Assembly: GCA_035260265.1 (NCBI GenBank)
Contig: DATFVO010000075.1
Coordinates: 1-35,890 of the forward strand
Length of the DNA: 35,890 nucleotides
Source: Methyloceanibacter sp.
GTDB taxonomy: Bacteria > Pseudomonadota > Alphaproteobacteria > Rhizobiales > Methyloligellaceae
Direction of reading: 5' to 3'
The translations under genes and the position numbers were made by a program. This document shows, one piece after another, positions 17,675 to 26,967 of this stretch; position 1 is the first letter of the stretch, and the number at the start of each line of letters is the position of its first letter. The notes below the pieces were generated by a model that made no database searches, had not been told where the DNA came from, and saw nothing but the letters and a program-made list of their open reading frames with translations.

Positions 17675-19908
17675 CCCGCGCGGCTTGACTTGTAAAGCGG
17701 CTGTTCGAGCTCGCCCTCGGCTTCCTGCCCGAGCGGCAGCAACACTTTGACCCGTGTGCCGCGGCCAGGGGCCGAGTCGAGCGAGACCGTGCCGCCGTGC
17801 AGCTCCGCGAGACTCTTGACGATGGAGAGCCCGAGCCCCGCACCGCGATGGCGCGAGCCATGCGAACGGCTCTCGAAGCGATTGAACACGGCCTGCTGAT
17901 AATCCTCTGGAATGCCCACGCCCTGATCCTCTACGGTGAAGGCAAGCATGGAATTTTCCCGCCCGCAATTGAACGCGATCCTGCCGCCCTGCTCCGAAAA
18001 GCCGATCGCGTTGGACAGGAGATTATACAGCATCTGGGTCACGCGCCTGCCGTCGGCGACCAAGCTATTGACGTCGGGCTCGACGCTGATGGCAAGGTAT
18101 ACGTTGTTCTGCTTGAGCCGCTCCTCGACGCCCTGCACCGCCTGACCGATCACGTCGCGCACTTTGACCGGCGACAGCTTCAATTCGAGCGTGCCGGCGT
18201 CGATGGTGGCGAGGTCGAGAATATCGTCGATGATGGAGAGCAGCGTCCGCCCCGAGAGACGGATATCGTTGAGATAGTCGCGCTGCCTGTCGGTGAGCGG
18301 CCCGGCAACCGGGCTCGCCAGAAGCTCGCTGAAGCCGATGATATTGGTGAGCGGCGTGCGCAACTCGTAGGACACATGCGAAATGAAGGCGGTCTTGAGC
18401 CGGTCGGCAGCTTCGAGCGCCTCGGTGCGCTCGATCAGCGCCCGCTCAGCGCGCTTTGCGTCGGATACATCGACATACGTGAGGAGCGTGCCGCCGTCGG
18501 GCAGAGGCAGGGCGGCGCAAGCAAGCACGCTGCCGTCCGGCCGGTCGAACTCGCTTTCGTAGGCGCGCTCAGCGACGAGGGCGGTTACCGCGGCCTTGGT
18601 ACGCTCCCACTCTTCCGGCGCATCATAGAGCTCGCGGCACCAGGAGATGATCTCCTCGATATGCGGCTCGCCGTCGAGCTGATGCGGGTTCAGGCGCCAG
18701 ATATTGGCAAAGGCTTCATTGTAGAGCCTGAGGCGCCCGTTCGGGGCGAACACGGCCACCCCTTCGCGCAATGTCTCGATGGTCTCGCGCTGCACCTGGA
18801 TCAGCGCGTTGTACCGGCTCTCTAGCCCTATGCGCTCGGTGACGTTCTCGTAGAGGTAGGTCACGCCGGCCTCGCCCTCGCTGTCCGCGATGACGTGCAG
18901 GGTGCTGCCGTCGGGGAGGTGCCACTGGTCCTCGATCTGGGCGTTGGTGCCGTAGGACGAGAGCCACGATCTCTTCCATTCGCGATAGTCGGCCTTCTCG
19001 GGCAAACGACGCGCCTGGCGTAGCCGGTCGAGGATCTCACCGTCGCGCGGATGGGTCGCAAGCCATTCGGGATCGAGTTGCCAAAGTCCGACATAGGCCT
19101 GATTGAAATGGGTGAGGCGTTGGCTTCCGTCGAACACGGCGAAGGCTGTGGCCAGCCGGTCGAAGCTCCTGAAGCGCGCCTCGAGGCTCGGCTTTGCCTC
19201 GGTGCGGCCACGCTCCGCCACCACGGCTTGTGCATCTAGCAGCCTGCGCAGCGAGGCGACCTGCTCCTCGAGCCGACGATGTTTTGAGGCGAGCTCGGCA
19301 GCTTCGAGCCGCTGCCCCGCTACATCGCGAACCTTGAGCACGATGGTCCAGCCAGTTGCCCTACCATCGACCTCGACATAACGGTCGCGCAAGGTGGTGA
19401 GCATCAGGTTGAACGCCTCGCCCCGTTCGGCGAGCACCCCGATCGCTTCGTCGAGCTCCTTGACCGATGGCGCGTCAAGCCATCCAGCAAAATTGATGAA
19501 CCTGTCGGCTTGGTCCGGCACGCCGTGACTCGCGGGCAAGGTCGCGACCAGAAGATCGGCCTCGCCAGTCTCCGACACAGTGAGCAGCATTTGGGGCTCC
19601 GCGGCCAGCACCGTGTCGAGCGCATTCTCGCTCAAACGATAGCGCTCAGCCTCGTTCGCCGCCGCTCTCTCAGCCTTGCGCGCGCACTGTGTGGCGCGAA
19701 GGCAAATGATCGCCGTGCCGGCCGCGAAGGCGATGATGCCGAGAGTAATGCCGAGCAAAAGCAGCATGCGCGAATCAAATGCCACGCTGACGGTGCCGGC
19801 CATCGCCACCTGAGCGGAGAGGAGGGTCGCGGCAGAAAAGGCGAGAACGCGGGACAGCACTTTTGGCCACCTTGATGAAGGTAAGGCCTTGCCCCCGCTG
19901 GTCCGCAT
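17671..19908 (-). CDS. divL: PAS-domain pseudo-histidine kinase DivL
   Basis: H-box has Tyr in place of His (SHVSYELRTPL, codon 18367-18369); N-terminal TM, PAS repeats, HATPase motifs; lies between ahcY and tsaE. Start 19908 (has SD) or 19935. Confidence 0.88.
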   Translation of the reverse strand: MRTSGGKALPSSRWPKVLSRVLAFSAATLLSAQVAMAGTVSVAFDSRMLLLLGITLGIIAFAAGTAIICLRATQCARKAERAAANEAERYRLSENALDTVLAAEPQMLLTVSETGEADLLVATLPASHGVPDQADRFINFAGWLDAPSVKELDEAIGVLAERGEAFNLMLTTLRDRYVEVDGRATGWTIVLKVRDVAGQRLEAAELASKHRRLEEQVASLRRLLDAQAVVAERGRTEAKPSLEARFRSFDRLATAFAVFDGSQRLTHFNQAYVGLWQLDPEWLATHPRDGEILDRLRQARRLPEKADYREWKRSWLSSYGTNAQIEDQWHLPDGSTLHVIADSEGEAGVTYLYENVTERIGLESRYNALIQVQRETIETLREGVAVFAPNGRLRLYNEAFANIWRLNPHQLDGEPHIEEIISWCRELYDAPEEWERTKAAVTALVAERAYESEFDRPDGSVLACAALPLPDGGTLLTYVDVSDAKRAERALIERTEALEAADRLKTAFISHVSYELRTPLTNIIGFSELLASPVAGPLTDRQRDYLNDIRLSGRTLLSIIDDILDLATIDAGTLELKLSPVKVRDVIGQAVQGVEERLKQNNVYLAISVEPDVNSLVADGRRVTQMLYNLLSNAIGFSEQGGRIAFNCGRENSMLAFTVEDQGVGIPEDYQQAVFNRFESRSHGSRHRGAGLGLSIVKSLAELHGGTVSLDSAPGRGTRVKVLLPLGQEAEGELEQPLYKSSRAG

Positions 19909-20096
19909 GGTCCCTCGCTCCACGCCGCCGCCCATGGCCTTGCGCTCAGCGCCGCTTATGCTGCCACAGACTTAACGCGGGTCGTTCCGACCCTGCGAGC
20001 TTCAAGGCGAATCACGCTTAGATTAGCTGTATCGCCCAGTCTTGCCCACTAGCGGAAGCGCCTTAGCCTAACTGGCAGAGGCAATCTGGTAGGAAC

Positions 20097-21488
20097 CTAG
20101 TACCGGTAGGAGTCGGTCTTGTAGGGCCCTTCGACCTGCACCCCGATATATTCAGCCTGGTCGGGCTTGAGCTTGGTGAGCTTGGCGCCGACTTTACCGA
20201 GATGGAGCCGCGCCACCTTCTCGTCGAGCTGCTTCGGCAGCACGTAGACCTTCTTCTCGTATTTGCCGGGATTGGTCCACAGCTCCATCTGCGCGATGGT
20301 CTGGTTGGTGAAGGACGCGCTCATCACGAAGCTCGGATGGCCCATGGCGTTGCCGAGATTAACCAGCCTGCCCTCCGACAGAAGGATGATCCGTTTGCCG
20401 TCCGGAAACTCGATCTCGTCCACCTGCGGCTTGACGTTGTCCCATTTGAAGTTGCGCAAGGCCGCGACCTGAATCTCCGAATCGAAATGGCCGATATTGG
20501 CCACAATGGCGCGGTCCTTCATCGCGCGCATGTGGTCTAACGTGATCACGTCCTTGTTCCCGGTCGCGGTGACGAAAATGTCGGCCCGCGGTGCCGCGTC
20601 CTCCATGGTGGTGACCTCGTAGCCTTCCATCGAGGCCTGCAGTGCGCAGATCGGGTCGATCTCTGAGACCATCACCCGGCATCCGGCATTGCGCAGGGAC
20701 GCGGCGGAGCCTTTGCCAACGTCGCCAAAGCCGGCGACCATCGCCACCTTGCCCGCCATCATCACGTCGGAGCCGCGGCGGATGCCGTCGACCAGGCTCT
20801 CGCGGCAGCCGTAGAGGTTGTCGAACTTGGACTTGGTCACGCTGTCGTTGACGTTGATCGCGGGGAACAGCAGCGTGCCATTCTTCTGCATCTCGTAGAG
20901 GCGATGCACGCCGGTCGTGGTCTCCTCGGTCACGCCTCGGATGTTCTTGGCGATCTCCGAGTACCAGCCGGGCTTCTTCCTGAGCCGCTTCTTGATCGCG
21001 GCGAACACGACCTCTTCCTCCTCGTTGGTTGCCTTGTCGAGGAAGGCGGTATCGCCCTTCTCGGCGCGGACGCCGAGATGCACGAGCAGTGTCGCATCGC
21101 CGCCGTCGTCGAGGATCATGTTGGGCGTGCCGCCATCCGTCCACTCGAAGATGCGGTGGGTATAGTCCCAATATTCCTCGAGGCTCTCGCCCTTATAGGC
21201 GAACACTGGGATGCGTTTGGCCGCGATCGCCGCGGCGGCGTGGTCTTGCGTCGAGTAGATGTTGCACGAGGCCCAGCGGATATCGGCGCCGAGCGCCTTC
21301 AGCGTCTCGATGAGGACGGCGGTCTGGATCGTCATGTGCAGCGAGCCGGCGATGCGTGCGCCTTTGAGCGACTGCTTGGCCGCGTATTCCTCTCGCACCG
21401 CCATCAGCCCCGGCATTTCCGTCTCGGCGATGGCGATTTCTTTGCGGCCCCACTCGGCGAGCCCGATATCTCTGACGTGGTAGTTCAT
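20097..21488 (-). CDS. ahcY: Adenosylhomocysteinase
   Basis: [54 protein letters not shown]; start ATG 21488 with AGGAG SD. Confidence 0.98.
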   Translation of the reverse strand: MNYHVRDIGLAEWGRKEIAIAETEMPGLMAVREEYAAKQSLKGARIAGSLHMTIQTAVLIETLKALGADIRWASCNIYSTQDHAAAAIAAKRIPVFAYKGESLEEYWDYTHRIFEWTDGGTPNMILDDGGDATLLVHLGVRAEKGDTAFLDKATNEEEEVVFAAIKKRLRKKPGWYSEIAKNIRGVTEETTTGVHRLYEMQKNGTLLFPAINVNDSVTKSKFDNLYGCRESLVDGIRRGSDVMMAGKVAMVAGFGDVGKGSAASLRNAGCRVMVSEIDPICALQASMEGYEVTTMEDAAPRADIFVTATGNKDVITLDHMRAMKDRAIVANIGHFDSEIQVAALRNFKWDNVKPQVDEIEFPDGKRIILLSEGRLVNLGNAMGHPSFVMSASFTNQTIAQMELWTNPGKYEKKVYVLPKQLDEKVARLHLGKVGAKLTKLKPDQAEYIGVQVEGPYKTDSYRY

Positions 21489-21518
21489 GCCCTCTACTCC
21501 TGGCCTCGGATCATAAAG

Positions 21519-21538
21519 ATATAAATAACTCCTTATAC
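21519..21538. promoter_or_regulatory. Putative SahR-type operator upstream of ahcY
   Basis: AT-rich dyad TATAA-ATAACTCC-TTATA about 30 bp upstream of the start, resembling the recalled ATAAAG-N4-CTTTAT motif; extra half site ATAAAG at 21513-21518. Confidence 0.5.
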
Positions 21539-21626
21539 GTTTTCCAGGGGAATGGCCAGTGCTGAGAGCGGGCATGCGAGGCACCGCCGCGGGGAGCGAG
21601 TGAGCACGTTCGGTGGAGCGAAAAGC

Positions 21627-22025
21627 CTAGGACTTGGCTGACAGATAGAGGGCCGCCATGACCAGGCAAAGCGCGATGAATTGCAGCGCGACCCGCCAGC
21701 GCATCAAGGTTTGGCTGATCTCGGGCCTCGGCCTTGCCACCATGTTCCACAGGCCGAGCACAAGCACGACAGCCACTGCGCCCAGCGCGAGGGGAATGGT
21801 GACATAGACAAGCCTGGTCAAGCCGATCTGGGCCGAGGCCTGGGAAAGTGCAGAGATCAGCTTGGCATAGTAGAAGTAGAGGGCAATCACGACGAAGGCT
21901 ATGACGCTGCCGGCAAGCCCGAAGGCGAGCACGTGACGCACGTGGTGTCCCGTGACGCCGGCTCTCGCCTCGACCTCGGAGAGGACCGGCGGGTTATCGT
22001 CGTGCTTCTTTGCCATCGCCGCCAT
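21627..22025 (-). CDS. Membrane protein: N-terminal EARAG-motif TM segment fused to a HIG1-like twin-TM domain
   Basis: C-terminal VLVLGLWNM...SQTLMRWRVALQFIAL is the HIG1/twin transmembrane helix signature; N-terminal EARAGVTGHHVRHVLAFGL precedes a third TM. Confidence 0.75.
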   Translation of the reverse strand: MAAMAKKHDDNPPVLSEVEARAGVTGHHVRHVLAFGLAGSVIAFVVIALYFYYAKLISALSQASAQIGLTRLVYVTIPLALGAVAVVLVLGLWNMVARPRPEISQTLMRWRVALQFIALCLVMAALYLSAKS

Positions 22026-22128
22026 GCTCCCGCTTTACTTCTATCGAGGTCGCGCAGATTGGCCCGCGAAACGGGCCGACGGCCCGTGGGCGGACTACTA
22101 CTGCCTCGTGGGAGCTCGTTCCGGGCCC

Positions 22129-22815
22129 TCAGCTATGATGAGCCGCAACGCTCCTGACACATTCGGACAACACGTCGGTCGGTGCAGCCTGGCCGACATC
22201 GCCGAGACTGAGCATGCCGACCATGCGCTTATTCTTGTTGATGACCGGCAGCCTGCGGATTTGGAGCTGTTCCATGTGCTGCACCGCCTTGGAAAGCTCG
22301 TCGTCCTCTCGGCAACAATGGATTCCCGAAGTCATCACGTCACGCGCCGTCGCGCGGCTTGCATCAAAGCCGTCGTTGGCCAAGCCTTTGCAAACGATAT
22401 CGCGGTCGGTGACCATGCCGATAAGGTGGTCTTTCTCGCCGATCGGAATCGCGCCGATGTCGTACTTACGCATCAATTTCGCGAGCTCAGAGATCGGGGT
22501 CTCCGGACCAACCCACTCTACGCCTTTGTGCATCGCCATCTGGACTTTCATCATGGACCTCCCTTGGCGTGCTGATGCAGCGGCACCGCTGCCACCCATA
22601 TGCTCAAGCTCTTCCTTGCTCGCCTTCTCTAGTCGAGCTTCTTTTTGACCAAGGTCTGCTTCTTTGGCTTCCCGCGGCGCGAATTTCGCAGCGCCGCGTT
22701 CCATGTGCTTCAGCTCTTCTTTGCTCGCCTTCTCCAGTTTGGCTTTCTTCTGGCCAAGGTCGGCTGACCGGCGAGCCTGCCGAACATTCTCGTTCGATTG
22801 GCGCTTACCTGCCAT
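22129..22815 (-). CDS. CBS-pair protein with a hydrophilic repeat N-terminal extension
   Basis: IGAIPI, GMVTDRDIV, ARDVMT, IRRLPV, GMLSLGD; AAGGGAGG SD before both ATG 22815 and the internal ATG 22554/22551. Confidence 0.9.
   Translation of the reverse strand: MAGKRQSNENVRQARRSADLGQKKAKLEKASKEELKHMERGAAKFAPREAKEADLGQKEARLEKASKEELEHMGGSGAAASARQGRSMMKVQMAMHKGVEWVGPETPISELAKLMRKYDIGAIPIGEKDHLIGMVTDRDIVCKGLANDGFDASRATARDVMTSGIHCCREDDELSKAVQHMEQLQIRRLPVINKNKRMVGMLSLGDVGQAAPTDVLSECVRSVAAHHS
22597..22764 (-). repeat. Two 63-bp coding repeats, 105-bp period
   Basis: ADLGQKKAKLEKASKEELKHM (22702-22764) vs ADLGQKEARLEKASKEELEHM (22597-22659), 18/21 aa identical. Confidence 0.9.
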
Positions 22816-22854
22816 TTCGGCCTCCCTTTTGCTTGATTTCCAATTCCACAGGAC

Positions 22855-22879
22855 AACGCCCGCCGAAGCGATTTGTTCG
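22855..22879 (-). promoter_or_regulatory. Putative EcfG (general stress sigma) promoter
   Basis: Minus strand CGAAC-N16-CGTT about 40 bp upstream of ATG 22815; consensus GGAAC-N16-CGTT. Confidence 0.65.
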
Positions 22880-22976
22880 TCTCTTGCCCGGTGCGGGGCA
22901 GAGGCGGAAAGCCCGTTGGGAAATGGGTAAATGCCGGTCGGGTGTGGTCGGCGGAAACCTGCGGAGTTGGCTTTTC

Positions 22977-23309
22977 CTAATCTTCCTCGCCGAAGCCGCT
23001 TTCGACCAGCCTGATCAGCGCCTCAAGCGCAGTATTCGCCTCCTCGCCCTCGGTCTCGATCAGAATCGAGTGGCCTTGGCCAGCGGCGAGCATCATCAGT
23101 CCCATGATAGAAGTGCCGAGGACAGTGTGGCCTTCGCGCGTCACCCGCACCGTGGCGGTGTAGCTCGCCGCGCAGCGTACGAACTGGGCCGAGGCCCGCG
23201 CATGCAGGCCCTTCTTGTTGGGGATCACCAACTCGGCAAAATAGAGGCCGTTGCCAGGCTCTTCCTTGTTCGGCTTAGGCTCTGTCACCTGCTCCATTGC
23301 TTTGGTCAT
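22977..23309 (-). CDS. HPr/NPr family phosphocarrier
   Basis: NKKGLHARAS (phospho-His) and GTSIMGLMML (regulatory Ser). Confidence 0.93.
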   Translation of the reverse strand: MTKAMEQVTEPKPNKEEPGNGLYFAELVIPNKKGLHARASAQFVRCAASYTATVRVTREGHTVLGTSIMGLMMLAAGQGHSILIETEGEEANTALEALIRLVESGFGEED

Positions 23310-23344
23310 CGCTTCGACGTTGGCGTTGGGAAATTTATCACAGG

Positions 23345-23746
23345 CTAGCTCGCGGCGAGGATCTGACTTGCCACGCTAATATACTTGCGTCCGGCTTCTT
23401 GCGCCTGGTTGATCGCTTCTTCCAATTTGCACTCGCCGCGTACGCTCGCAAGTTTCACCAGCATCGGCAGATTGACGCCCGCGATCACCTCGACATTGGA
23501 GCGCTCCATGGCGGAAATGGCGAGATTCGACGGAGTGCCGCCGAACATGTCAGTGAGCACTACGACACCTCCGCCGGTATCGACGCGGGCGAGCGCTGTC
23601 AGCATGTCGCTCCGCCGCACGTCGAGATCGTCGTCAGGGCCGATCGATACGGTTTCGATCTGCTCCTGCGGCCCGACCACATGCTCGAGCGCGGCACGGA
23701 ATTCGTGCGCAAGCTTGCCGTGCGTGACGATGACGACGCCGATCAT
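23345..23746 (-). CDS. PTS EIIA, mannose/fructose type (ManX-like)
   Basis: MIGVVIVTHG, LTDMFGGTPSN, GVNLPML. Confidence 0.95.
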   Translation of the reverse strand: MIGVVIVTHGKLAHEFRAALEHVVGPQEQIETVSIGPDDDLDVRRSDMLTALARVDTGGGVVVLTDMFGGTPSNLAISAMERSNVEVIAGVNLPMLVKLASVRGECKLEEAINQAQEAGRKYISVASQILAAS

Positions 23747-23831
23747 GTTGCCTCTTTGGTGAATGCCGCCCGGCCAAAGGCCGCTATCTTTGTCGGGAGA
23801 GGTGCCATGCGCAAGTCAAAGCTTTCGCACG

Positions 23832-24311
23832 TCAAAGAAGCTGTTCCGGCGCCAGTAAAAGCGCCAGTTTCAATTTGAGGGGCGCCGAGAGCTCGAAGGG
23901 ATCGAGTTTCACCACCGGCACAGGAACGCCCGCGATCACCGTCCGTTCCCATGGCTCGGGCGGCATCCTCGGCACGTTCTCGACGCTGACGAGATCGCAA
24001 ACAAGCACGAGCCTGGCTTGCGCGAGAAACGGCACTGACACAATTCCCAGTCCTCTCACCTCGATCTTGCCGGCGATGGTCTCCGGCGCCGAGACAATGA
24101 GAGACCCATCCGAGCTCGCCTCCGCCCACACCTGGTCGTCGGCAACGAGTTGCGGCTTGAGCGCGCCTTCGCCTTGTAGCGCCAGGAATCTCAGAGCGAG
24201 GTCTGACTTGCCAGCGCCAGAGCCACCGCGCAACAACGCGGCCCGCCGGCCGAGCGCGACGGACGTGCCATGCACAAGCTCGCGCGCCTCTCTCAAACAT
24301 GCCTCGTTCAA
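23832..24311 (-). CDS. hprK: Short HPr kinase/phosphorylase
   Basis: VHGTSVA, GGSGAGKSDLAL, LVADD, IEVRGLG; start uncertain (TTG 24311 or 24296). Confidence 0.88.
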   Translation of the reverse strand: MNEACLREARELVHGTSVALGRRAALLRGGSGAGKSDLALRFLALQGEGALKPQLVADDQVWAEASSDGSLIVSAPETIAGKIEVRGLGIVSVPFLAQARLVLVCDLVSVENVPRMPPEPWERTVIAGVPVPVVKLDPFELSAPLKLKLALLLAPEQLL

Positions 24312-24322
24312 GTCCGGGATGG

Positions 24323-26140
24323 TCAGGTTGCCGGCAGCCGCATCACGAAACGCGCGCCACCGCTTCTGCCAACGCTCGCGTCGCCCTTGCCCCGGCCCAC
24401 ACCCTTCGGCGGACGGTTCTCGGCCCACAGCCTCCCACCATGCGCGACCGCGATCTGGCGCGAAATGTTGAGGCCGAGCCCCGAGTTCTGGCCGAAATTC
24501 TCCCGTGGGCGGTCGGTATAGAAGCGCTCGAAGACGCGCTCGAGGTTCTCCTCGGGGATGCCCGGGCCTTCGTCCTCCACGGCGATCTGGATTTCGTGGC
24601 CGATGCGGCGCGCGAGCACCGCAACGCGGCCTCCTGGCGGGGAGAAGGAGATGGCGTTGTCGAGCAGGTTGACGATGACCTGGCTCAAGCGGCTGTCGTG
24701 GCCCATGACCCTATAGGGCCACGCGCCGGGTGCATAAGCGATGTCGAGCACGACTTCCGGCGTGTCGTCGCGGTGGATGTCGTTGAACAGCGCCACGGTG
24801 GTCCGCAACAGCTCCGCCATGTCGACCGTCTTGGCATCCTCGCGGGCCAGCTCGGCGTCGAGGCGCGAAGCATCGGAGATGTCGCTGATCAGTCGGTCGA
24901 GCCGCTTCACGTCGTGCTTGATGATCTCCATCAGCCGCTCTTTCGACTCGTCCGTCCTGGCGAGCGGAAGCGTCTCGGTGGCGCTGCGCAAGGAGGTGAG
25001 CGGATTCTTCAGCTCGTGCGCCACGTCGGCGGCAAAGCTCTCGATCGCATCGATCCGCTTGTAGAGCGCATTGGTCATGTCGCGTAGCGCGCCGGAGAGA
25101 TGGCCGATCTCGTCGGTACGGTCAGTGAAGTCGGGGATCTCGGCGCGCGCCCTGACGCTGTGGCGTACGCGCTCTGCCGCGGCTGAGAGCCGCTGCACGG
25201 GACCGGCGATGGTGTTGGCGAGGATAATCGAAAGCACGATAGTGACGGCGGCCGCGAACAGCGACACGCGCACGATGCCCCAACGCTCGGCAGCGACGAT
25301 ATTGTCGATATCGCCGCCCCGCGTCGAGAGCAGAAGCACGCCGAGCACGGCGCGCATGTGCTGGATCGGCACGGCGACGGAGACCACAAGCTCGCCCTTG
25401 TCGTTAACGCGCACGATCGGCACGGACGTCCCGGTTAGTGCCGTTGCCACCTCCGGGTAAGCCTTGCCATTGGCCCCGCCGATCTCGGTATAGAGTGGCA
25501 GGTCGTATTGGCTCATGCGCGTGGTCACGGTTTGCCAGAAGCGGCTCAACGCATCGGGCTTTTCCGCATCGGGCGGCGGCAGGTCGTAACGCAACACCTC
25601 GCCGCGCGAGTAGAACGTGTCGGAGTCGAGGATCGGGGCGCCGTCGCGGTTATAGACGCGGGCGCGGCTTCCGGTTGGCTTCACCAGGGGACGCAGGATT
25701 GGGGCGGCGCGCTCCGGATCGATGGTGAAATCGAGCGAGTTCGACAAATCATCGTCGTCGCTTGCCTGGCTATGCTCGGTCTCGAGCAGCTTCTCGGGAT
25801 CGAGCTGCACCTCGTTGGTGTCGACACCGGCGGAGGCAGCGATGGCGCGAGCGATGATCTCGCCTTGCGTGAGCAGGCTCTGCACCTTGGCGTCGATCAG
25901 CCCGGCCCTGAACTGATTGAGATAGAGGATGCCCGAGACGAGGATCGCGAGCCCGATCAGGTTGAGCACGACGATACGCCGGGTGAGGCTCGAGAAGCCG
26001 TTGCGGAACGGGAGATGCTCGACGAGCCAGCCGGCCGTGCTGCGCACACGATTGCGGGCGATGCGCAAGACGCTGCGAACGCGCTCCTTGAGAGTTGCGG
26101 CGTTAGGTCTTTGCCAGGACCTGTCGGCCTCGGCTGTCAT
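24323..26140 (-). CDS. chvG: Sensor histidine kinase ChvG/ExoS
   Basis: SSLTRRIVVLNLIGL..LVSGILYLNQFRAGLIDA, STRGGDIDNIV, HAMP, ADVAHELKNPLTS, SGLGLNIS. Confidence 0.95.
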   Translation of the reverse strand: MTAEADRSWQRPNAATLKERVRSVLRIARNRVRSTAGWLVEHLPFRNGFSSLTRRIVVLNLIGLAILVSGILYLNQFRAGLIDAKVQSLLTQGEIIARAIAASAGVDTNEVQLDPEKLLETEHSQASDDDDLSNSLDFTIDPERAAPILRPLVKPTGSRARVYNRDGAPILDSDTFYSRGEVLRYDLPPPDAEKPDALSRFWQTVTTRMSQYDLPLYTEIGGANGKAYPEVATALTGTSVPIVRVNDKGELVVSVAVPIQHMRAVLGVLLLSTRGGDIDNIVAAERWGIVRVSLFAAAVTIVLSIILANTIAGPVQRLSAAAERVRHSVRARAEIPDFTDRTDEIGHLSGALRDMTNALYKRIDAIESFAADVAHELKNPLTSLRSATETLPLARTDESKERLMEIIKHDVKRLDRLISDISDASRLDAELAREDAKTVDMAELLRTTVALFNDIHRDDTPEVVLDIAYAPGAWPYRVMGHDSRLSQVIVNLLDNAISFSPPGGRVAVLARRIGHEIQIAVEDEGPGIPEENLERVFERFYTDRPRENFGQNSGLGLNISRQIAVAHGGRLWAENRPPKGVGRGKGDASVGRSGGARFVMRLPAT

Positions 26141-26152
26141 TGGCTAGTTCCG

Positions 26153-26848
26153 TCACTCTTTGAACCGGTAGCCAACGCCATATAGAGTCTCGATCACGTC
26201 GAAGCTCGAATCGACCGCCTTGAACTTCTTGCGCAACCGCTTGATGTGGCTGTCGATGGTGCGGTCGTCGACATAAACCTGGTCATCATAGGCCGCATCC
26301 ATGAGGGCGTCGCGGCTTTTCACCACGCCGGGCCGTGCGGCAAGTGATTGCAGGATCAGGAATTCCGTCACTGTGAGGGTGACAGGGCGGTTGTCCCACA
26401 CGCAAGTGTGGCGCTCCGGGTCCATCTTGAGCTTGCCGCGCTCGAGCACCTTGGACTTGTCCTCGACCACAGCGGCGGTATCGCGCGGCTGGGCGCGTCT
26501 CAGCACCGCCTTCACGCGCTCGACCAGAAGCCGCTGCGGGAAAGGTTTGCGGATGAAGTCGTCGGCGCCCATCTTGAGGCCGAACAGTTCGTCGATCTCC
26601 TCATCCTTCGAGGTAAGGAAGATCACCGGCAGCTCGCTCCGCTGGCGAAGCCGGCGGAGCAGCTCCATCCCGTCCATGCGCGGCATTTTGATATCGAGGA
26701 TGGCGAGGTCGGGCGGGCTCTCGGCAAAGCCGTCGAGCGCGCTTGCACCGTCATTATAGGTCTGGGTCTTGTAGCCCTCGGCTTCGAGCACCATACGCAA
26801 GGAGGTGAGAATGTTACGATCGTCGTCGACAAGTGCGATTGTTGGCAT
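26153..26848 (-). CDS. chvI: Response regulator ChvI
   Basis: [51 protein letters not shown]. Confidence 0.97.
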   Translation of the reverse strand: MPTIALVDDDRNILTSLRMVLEAEGYKTQTYNDGASALDGFAESPPDLAILDIKMPRMDGMELLRRLRQRSELPVIFLTSKDEEIDELFGLKMGADDFIRKPFPQRLLVERVKAVLRRAQPRDTAAVVEDKSKVLERGKLKMDPERHTCVWDNRPVTLTVTEFLILQSLAARPGVVKSRDALMDAAYDDQVYVDDRTIDSHIKRLRKKFKAVDSSFDVIETLYGVGYRFKE

Positions 26849-26967
26849 TGGGGGCCCCTTGCGGCGATTGACGTGGTTAAAGGGTGTGTTTCAGGGCTGC
26901 GCTCAATTGTGGCAGCATCGGGGCGCGGCTCGCCACCCGTATTTACCGCAATGCAACAAATATCGTT

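Noticed and set aside
18355-18385. His-to-Tyr change in the kinase H-box as a novelty
   Set aside because: This is the established DivL signature.
19960-20075. CtrA box upstream of divL
   Set aside because: Only a TTAAC half site is present; no TTAA-N7-TTAA.
21489-21626. SAH or SAM riboswitch upstream of ahcY, and the longer ahcY start at 21584
   Set aside because: No GAGGAGCG...CCAGGCTC-type core is visible; ATG 21488 has a good SD and matches the usual N-terminus.
22090-22122. Second EcfG promoter before the HIG1-like gene
   Set aside because: GGAAC is present on the minus strand, but the -10 position reads GTAG rather than CGTT.
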